IMG/VR virus record: IMGVR_UViG_3300000942_000002
Span: 25,012 to 89,011 of that record
DNA length: 64,000 nt
Source of the DNA: a virus
Lineage: Duplodnaviria > Caudoviricetes
Strand: one strand, 5' to 3'
Shown: in pieces, positions 59,924-64,000 of the stretch
Position numbering within the stretch: the stretch's first letter is position 1
Layout of the letters: each line of letters opens with the position of its first letter
Position numbers and translations under genes: made by a program
The notes under the pieces: model-generated
What the model was told of the DNA's origin: nothing
Databases searched by the model: none
The model's input: the letters and a program-made list of their open reading frames with translations, nothing else

Positions 59924-59956
59924 CAAACATACTAGTTTTCATTGTTCCCAATCCAA
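59924..59956 (-). promoter_or_regulatory. Bacteroidota housekeeping-sigma promoter candidate
   Basis: TATGTTTG (TAnnTTTG -7 element) at 59931-59924, with TTG 17 and 22 nt upstream, in the intergenic gap before the ncRNA/tmRNA. Confidence 0.5.
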
Positions 59957-59958
59957 CT

Positions 59959-60312
59959 CTATTGTATGTTGCACAAATGTCCTCCAGTTTCTATATCTGT
60001 TAACCAATAACCTGTTAAAAGTGGTTTGTTCCATTTCATAACTCGTACTACACTTTCCTTCCTTCCTCTTTCTATACTTTTTTTTGTATATCTCCAAGGT
60101 TTCTTTAATGATCTTAATGCTGATCTAACTCTTCTAAAAGAAAGTTCATCACTCATACTATCTCTTTCCCTATCTTTAATAGATCTCTTCTTCTTCTGTA
60201 CTAAGCTTTCTTTTAGTTGTTTTAGTGCATCTTTCTCATCTTTAGCTTGAGGGACAAAAAATCCGTTAACATAAGGACCATCAAAATGTATCATTATATA
60301 ATATGAATTCAT
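59959..60312 (-). CDS. Basic hypothetical protein
   Basis: 117-aa ORF. Confidence 0.55.
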   Translation of the reverse strand: MNSYYIMIHFDGPYVNGFFVPQAKDEKDALKQLKESLVQKKKRSIKDRERDSMSDELSFRRVRSALRSLKKPWRYTKKSIERGRKESVVRVMKWNKPLLTGYWLTDIETGGHLCNIQ

Positions 60313-60431
60313 AACTCCATCTTTTTTAGATATCTTTTACCAAAATATCTGGTCACTAAATATAAAACTGTTGTACCAATAAGGATAATTCCGGGATGCA
60401 GCTCATCTAAGTAATTAAATAGTTCTTTCAT
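60309..60431 (-). CDS. Small membrane protein, 40 aa, not in the ORF track
   Basis: MKELFNYLDELHPGIILIGTTVLYLVTRYFGKRYLKKMEL*, ATGA-coupled to the next ORF. Confidence 0.55.
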   Translation of the reverse strand: MKELFNYLDELHPGIILIGTTVLYLVTRYFGKRYLKKMEL

Positions 60432-60496
60432 TGTTTTATTTTTATGAAGGTAGTTAAGCCTTCTGATTAATTATTCCAGAAGGCTTTCCCTTCTCA

Positions 60497-60967
60497 TTAC
60501 CCAACAATCTCATACTTGATTCTCATCAATCCTTTTTTAAGATCTCCAATAGTATCAAATGATTTCTTAGAAAGATCTAAAATTCTTTTTGGATGAGGTA
60601 TCAATGGTTTCAAAGCTTTACCTTGTTTATCCATTTTATAAGGCCCTCTATCATTAACTCTGATAATAATAAACTTATCGTTATCTAAGTTAGTAACTTT
60701 AAGAATCGTGTTAAAAGGTAGTGTAGGACTGGCACAAGTTAAAAGATTACAGTCATATATTTCCATATTAGCCGTAGTTCTTCCATTCCAACGCTCTCCA
60801 TAGTAGGAAGCTATGCCATACCTAACCCCTTTCTCAGAAGGAGTCTCAAGTATTTCTTCTTCACATGTTATTTTTGGTATTTGTGTCACAGCTTCAGGTA
60901 CTTTTGTCATACCTAAATTATGATTAATACATACTACCAACACAAATAAAACAATCAAGTTTTTCAT
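60497..60967 (-). CDS. rlpA: RlpA-like lytic transglycosylase (DPBB)
   Basis: GIASYYG...TANMEIYD...LPFNT.LKVTN...RVNDRGPY...ILDLS, with an N-terminal signal or anchor. Confidence 0.88.
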   Translation of the reverse strand: MKNLIVLFVLVVCINHNLGMTKVPEAVTQIPKITCEEEILETPSEKGVRYGIASYYGERWNGRTTANMEIYDCNLLTCASPTLPFNTILKVTNLDNDKFIIIRVNDRGPYKMDKQGKALKPLIPHPKRILDLSKKSFDTIGDLKKGLMRIKYEIVG

Positions 60968-61251
60968 AACTCTTCAATTTTGTATTTATCTAGCCTGCTT
61001 TCAAGATCTTTTAGATTAAATAGAAAATCATTGATTTTAACAGACTTCTCTATCATATCAACAATATTATTATTTATTGTTGTATGACTAAATGGGTTAT
61101 CTATAAAAGTTTTAATTTCATCTAAAGACAAGACGATTTCTTTACCATCTTCTTCGTAAACAAAATATAATTTAAGATTCCCTCCTTTATGGACAGCAAT
61201 TTGTTTTCCTTTGTATTCAAATTGATCAACTATCTCTGTTGCTATCTCCAT
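60964..61251 (-). CDS. Hypothetical protein
   Basis: 95-aa ORF. Confidence 0.55.
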   Translation of the reverse strand: MEIATEIVDQFEYKGKQIAVHKGGNLKLYFVYEEDGKEIVLSLDEIKTFIDNPFSHTTINNNIVDMIEKSVKINDFLFNLKDLESRLDKYKIEEL

Positions 61252-61281
61252 ATTTATGCTTTTATATGTTACTACTGATTT

Positions 61282-61743
61282 TTAGTTACTTTTGAATCTA
61301 CTTAGTACTCCTCTAAGCAATTCTTGAGCTTCTACAGTTAATGTTTGCTCTTGAAATAGATCTTCTTGAGTTTCTATCTCAATTTCCTGGTTATTTTGTT
61401 CAGGTCTTGGAAGTTTTTCCGGAAGATATATTACTTCTGGTGCTTCTTCTTCACAAACAGTTTGTTTTCCACATTTACATGTAACTTGAGCTGTCTGTTC
61501 TATATTTTGTAGAATATCCATAGCATAAGTAACAGAATGAGCCCCAATGGTTGCTCCTATATAAAGAATTACTTCTTCTATATTTTCTGTCTCCTCAATA
61601 GTAATATAAGCTTCTGATACTCCTCCTTGATTATTCTCTAAGCCAGTAATCAGTTTAACAAAAGGATTATCACATAACTCTTGAGTCATCTGTAATAAAT
61701 AGTCTTTTGTTGCAAAGGGTAATACCCATTTAATTGTTCTCAT
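61282..61743 (-). CDS. Hypothetical protein
   Basis: 153-aa ORF with an acidic C-terminal half. Confidence 0.55.
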   Translation of the reverse strand: MRTIKWVLPFATKDYLLQMTQELCDNPFVKLITGLENNQGGVSEAYITIEETENIEEVILYIGATIGAHSVTYAMDILQNIEQTAQVTCKCGKQTVCEEEAPEVIYLPEKLPRPEQNNQEIEIETQEDLFQEQTLTVEAQELLRGVLSRFKSN

Positions 61744-61764
61744 ATTGTATAATATTAATTGTTC

Positions 61765-62139
61765 CTAAAACTCGTAAATATAATTATAGTTTTCTCCTGA
61801 TATTGTTCTTTGATCTACAATATCTCCACTACTATTATACAGTACAATAGTTACCTCTGATCCACCTTGAGCATAAAGATTTGAATCAATCTTTACAGGC
61901 CCATTTTTAGTTTCTACTACAACAGTATTAGCTTCTTCATTATAATCTGAATTAATAAATTCAAAAGAATCTGAATAAGTGACAGTGGTTCCAGCATAAA
62001 CTCTAAATCCCTCTGGCAAATGTTTTGTTGTGTAAACTAGTGTGTATGAATCAGTTGTAACGTAATCTTTAAAATTCTCTTCCTTTGAACATGAAATTAT
62101 CAGGATTGTCATGATCAATAATAAAACTCTTTTCATCAC
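61765..62139 (-). CDS. Lipoprotein, probably surface-exported
   Basis: Lipobox IISC followed by SKEE, matching the Bacteroidota lipoprotein export signal K-(D/E)2. Confidence 0.7.
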   Translation of the reverse strand: MMKRVLLLIMTILIISCSKEENFKDYVTTDSYTLVYTTKHLPEGFRVYAGTTVTYSDSFEFINSDYNEEANTVVVETKNGPVKIDSNLYAQGGSEVTIVLYNSSGDIVDQRTISGENYNYIYEF

Positions 62140-62163
62140 AGTTTAATTTTTAAATTAATTGTT

Positions 62164-62352
62164 TCACTTTTTTCTTAAAGGATTAAAATCCCTCCATAAT
62201 TGTATTGCTACAATAGTATTATAAACCGGAGTAAATATCTGGGTGTTATCCACCCAAGACATTACTTCAGTTTCACTAACTATTTTGTCCCAAATAGCAA
62301 CAGCTATCGCAGACATAACATATACAAATACTAATATTCCAATTGTTATCAT
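62164..62352 (-). CDS. Small membrane protein
   Basis: N-terminal TM helix. Confidence 0.55.
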   Translation of the reverse strand: MITIGILVFVYVMSAIAVAIWDKIVSETEVMSWVDNTQIFTPVYNTIVAIQLWRDFNPLRKK

Positions 62353-62774
62353 TTTCTGAATCTTTTTAAGTAGTTGTAAGCTTTATTATACTTCTTAATT
62401 CTTTCAAAGTCTTTTTCTCTTACATCTTTAAGTCGAGTGATTTTAGAATTATGTTCTAAATCTCTAAGTTTAACTTGAGTGGCATACTCATTTGTAGCTA
62501 TTAATTCAATGTTTCCTTCATAAGATCCAGCTCTCATATCAAGAAGAGTTAAAGCTAAAAGAATATTCTCATGAAATCCTTCTTCTCTTAATTTCTCAAT
62601 TGTCCAGTCAGTATCTTCTACTAAATCATGAAGAACTCCAACAATCATATACTCTTCTCCAAGATGTCTAACTTTATTCATAACCCAAAGAGGGTGTAAA
62701 ATATAAGGTTTCCCTTGCTTATCTGTTTGATTTACATGGGCCTCACTTGCTATTTGTATTGCTCTTGCTAACAT
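62349..62774 (-). CDS. Stand-alone HD-domain hydrolase of RelA/SpoT type (small alarmone hydrolase/Mesh1-like)
   Basis: AH..Q.DK.GKPYI.HP..V, LHDLVEDT (HDxxED) and VKL.D..HN. Confidence 0.85.
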   Translation of the reverse strand: MLARAIQIASEAHVNQTDKQGKPYILHPLWVMNKVRHLGEEYMIVGVLHDLVEDTDWTIEKLREEGFHENILLALTLLDMRAGSYEGNIELIATNEYATQVKLRDLEHNSKITRLKDVREKDFERIKKYNKAYNYLKRFRK

Positions 62775-62908
62775 TATTTTATATTAAATAGGTTATACAT
62801 AAAAGATTTGAATCTTGCAAATCTTGATTTGTTTTGTTCTTTTTCTTTATTAGCCCACCATTCCTGGTCTTCCAATTTTTCGTAGTATTTACTTACTGTA
62901 TCACTCAT
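62774..62908 (-). CDS. Hypothetical protein, 44 aa, not in the ORF track
   Basis: MSDTVSKYYEKLEDQEWWANKE...FNIK*, TAATG-coupled to the HD gene. Confidence 0.55.
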   Translation of the reverse strand: MSDTVSKYYEKLEDQEWWANKEKEQNKSRFARFKSFMYNLFNIK

Positions 62909-63042
62909 AGTTGTTTTTTACTTTAAGTAAATAGAGATATATCTATCAAAGAGTGTCCTACCCCACTATTCTATGTAGTGGGCACTCATCCTTGCCGTAT
63001 AGGAATAGACTGACCATCTTTGGCCACGATAATCTCCATTTG

Positions 63043-63105
63043 TACCACATAGCAGAATCGAACTACTTCTCCTATTATTTCAGAGACCCAAACCTGGAAT
63101 GTGAT
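63043..63105 (-). ncRNA. tRNA-like element (63 nt; canonical T-arm and acceptor stem, reduced D and anticodon arms)
   Basis: Acceptor ATCACAT/ATGTGGT-A, T-arm AGTAG-TTCGATT-CTGCT, 3' end ACAA as in the tmRNA. Confidence 0.5.
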
Positions 63106-63121
63106 ATGTAAGGATTTCTCC

Positions 63122-63467
63122 TTACTGATTAAATGGTATTTGTAAAGCTCCAAAAGGAACTTCACTGTATATAAATTGATCCTTATGTTCAGCTTTTATA
63201 TCATAAAAACATAGATGATATTTATGCTCTGAAGTTGGAAAGTAATTTATAACATTTATAAATTTAAAAGGAAGTTTAGGAACACTGAAACCATTTTTAA
63301 ATTTTAGGTAAGATTGATTTACCCACCATTGAATATAATATTCTTGCCCTTCTACTTCAAATTCTATTATTCTATTAAGATTTCCTTCAATTTTACTATA
63401 ATTAACAGTTATATCAAAAGACTCTAAATACTTTATAATTTCTTCAATGCCATTTTTTAGCTTCCAT
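63122..63467 (-). pseudogene. Hypothetical gene (about 114 aa) interrupted by a frameshift in an A6 run
   Basis: ATG GAA GCT AAAAAA TGG CAT TGA. Removing one A (63453-63458) joins the ATG to a 330-nt open frame (NGIEEIIKYLESF...QIPFNQ*) that has no start codon of its own. Confidence 0.5.
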
Positions 63468-63472
63468 AGTAT

Positions 63473-63646
63473 TTATATTGCTAGAGGTATTCTTTTAAAG
63501 TTTAATAGAGAAACAAAATTGTTATCTCTCATCATAGCTCTGGCAAATTTTCTTGCCGCTCTAAGATTATTAAAAACTTCAAACTTTTTACCTTCTTCGT
63601 TAGCTTTTTTGGTATTAACGGTATACCTTTTTGTTGTTCTTTTCAT
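63473..63646 (-). CDS. Basic hypothetical protein, 57 aa, not in the ORF track
   Basis: MKRTTKRYTVNTKKANEEGKKFEVFNNLRAARKFARA...*, co-oriented with its neighbours. Confidence 0.55.
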   Translation of the reverse strand: MKRTTKRYTVNTKKANEEGKKFEVFNNLRAARKFARAMMRDNNFVSLLNFKRIPLAI

Positions 63647-63734
63647 AGTGAAATGATTAAAAATCTGGCCCTTATATAAAATTTAATTTATAGAACACAA
63701 AGCCCAAAATGTGTGAATAGGGCCAGCTTAATGA

Positions 63735-64000
63735 TTATATTATTTTCTCTTCTGGCAGATATTTACAATAAGGATTACCTCCATTTTTACTGATTAAAAA
63801 GACAAAGTATTTACCACTTTTACTTTTTCTGACAGCTTTACCTTCGTAACCTTCTGCTTTCTTATCTGTTTCTTTACCAATCCAAACTGGATATTTATTA
63901 CCACTTTTAGGAGACTCACACACTATAAATGGTGATCCTTTTGAAGTTTCTAGTACAGGGTAGTCCTGACCTTCAATAGTAATAATTATATCCGTCTTAG
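63735..64000 (-). CDS. Hypothetical protein with internal repeats, 5'-truncated by the window
   Basis: The frame is open to the window end; repeated S-K-S/x-G-x-x-(F/Y) units. Confidence 0.55.
   Translation of the reverse strand, partial: KTDIIITIEGQDYPVLETSKGSPFIVCESPKSGNKYPVWIGKETDKKAEGYEGKAVRKSKSGKYFVFLISKNGGNPYCKYLPEEKII

Noticed and set aside
63043-63105. Calling this element a functional tRNA with an assigned anticodon
   Set aside because: It is too short (63 nt), with no proper D-arm and a 9-nt anticodon loop, so it is kept only as tRNA-like.
63665-63726. Purine riboswitch
   Set aside because: The three-way topology is similar, but the conserved junction nucleotides and the GG/CC kissing loops are absent.
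1-64000. Stop-codon reassignment (TAG to Gln or TGA to Trp), known in some crAss-like phages
   Set aside because: Multi-kb ORFs are intact under code 11. TAG (e.g. 8998-9000) and TGA end genes that overlap the next start, and reading through the TAG at 28218 gives no sensible product.
1-64000. CRISPR array, DGR, invertase/shufflon, integrase or IS element
   Set aside because: No spaced direct repeats, reverse transcriptase, recombinase or transposase motifs were recognised by eye.

Overview
This window is part of an AT-rich, crAss-like (Crassvirales-related) podovirus genome read with the standard code 11. The host is most likely in Bacteroidota/Flavobacteriia. Evidence for that host: leaders without Shine-Dalgarno sites, a TAnnTTTG promoter, Flavobacterium-type OmpA and lipoprotein signals, and a Bacteroidota-type tmRNA resume context. 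Bases 1-28048 (+ strand) are the late virion block: tail ring/tubular protein (5'-truncated), a 1937-aa muzzle/tail-stabilisation protein, and four ejected cargo proteins. One cargo protein is a 4237-aa virion RNA polymerase with the DFDID catalytic loop and a C-terminal HExxH zincin. A bidirectional terminator at about 28.06 kb separates this block from a convergent minus-strand block. That block covers nucleotide metabolism (dUTPase, class II RNR, ThyX, UNG, dNTP diphosphohydrolase), GroES/GroEL, rIIA/rIIB, and replication/recombination (PolA, DnaB-like and other helicases, primase, ligase, exonuclease, resolvase). It also carries host-envelope genes (OmpA, collagen-like lipoprotein, RlpA, spanin-like) and small early genes. 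The most unusual part is 59.3-63.8 kb. It holds a tmRNA whose predicted tag is 38 aa, a candidate structured RNA directly upstream of it, a small alarmone-hydrolase-like HD protein, a 63-nt tRNA-like element and further hairpin clusters. All calls come from motif recognition by eye; no database searches or folding programs were run.
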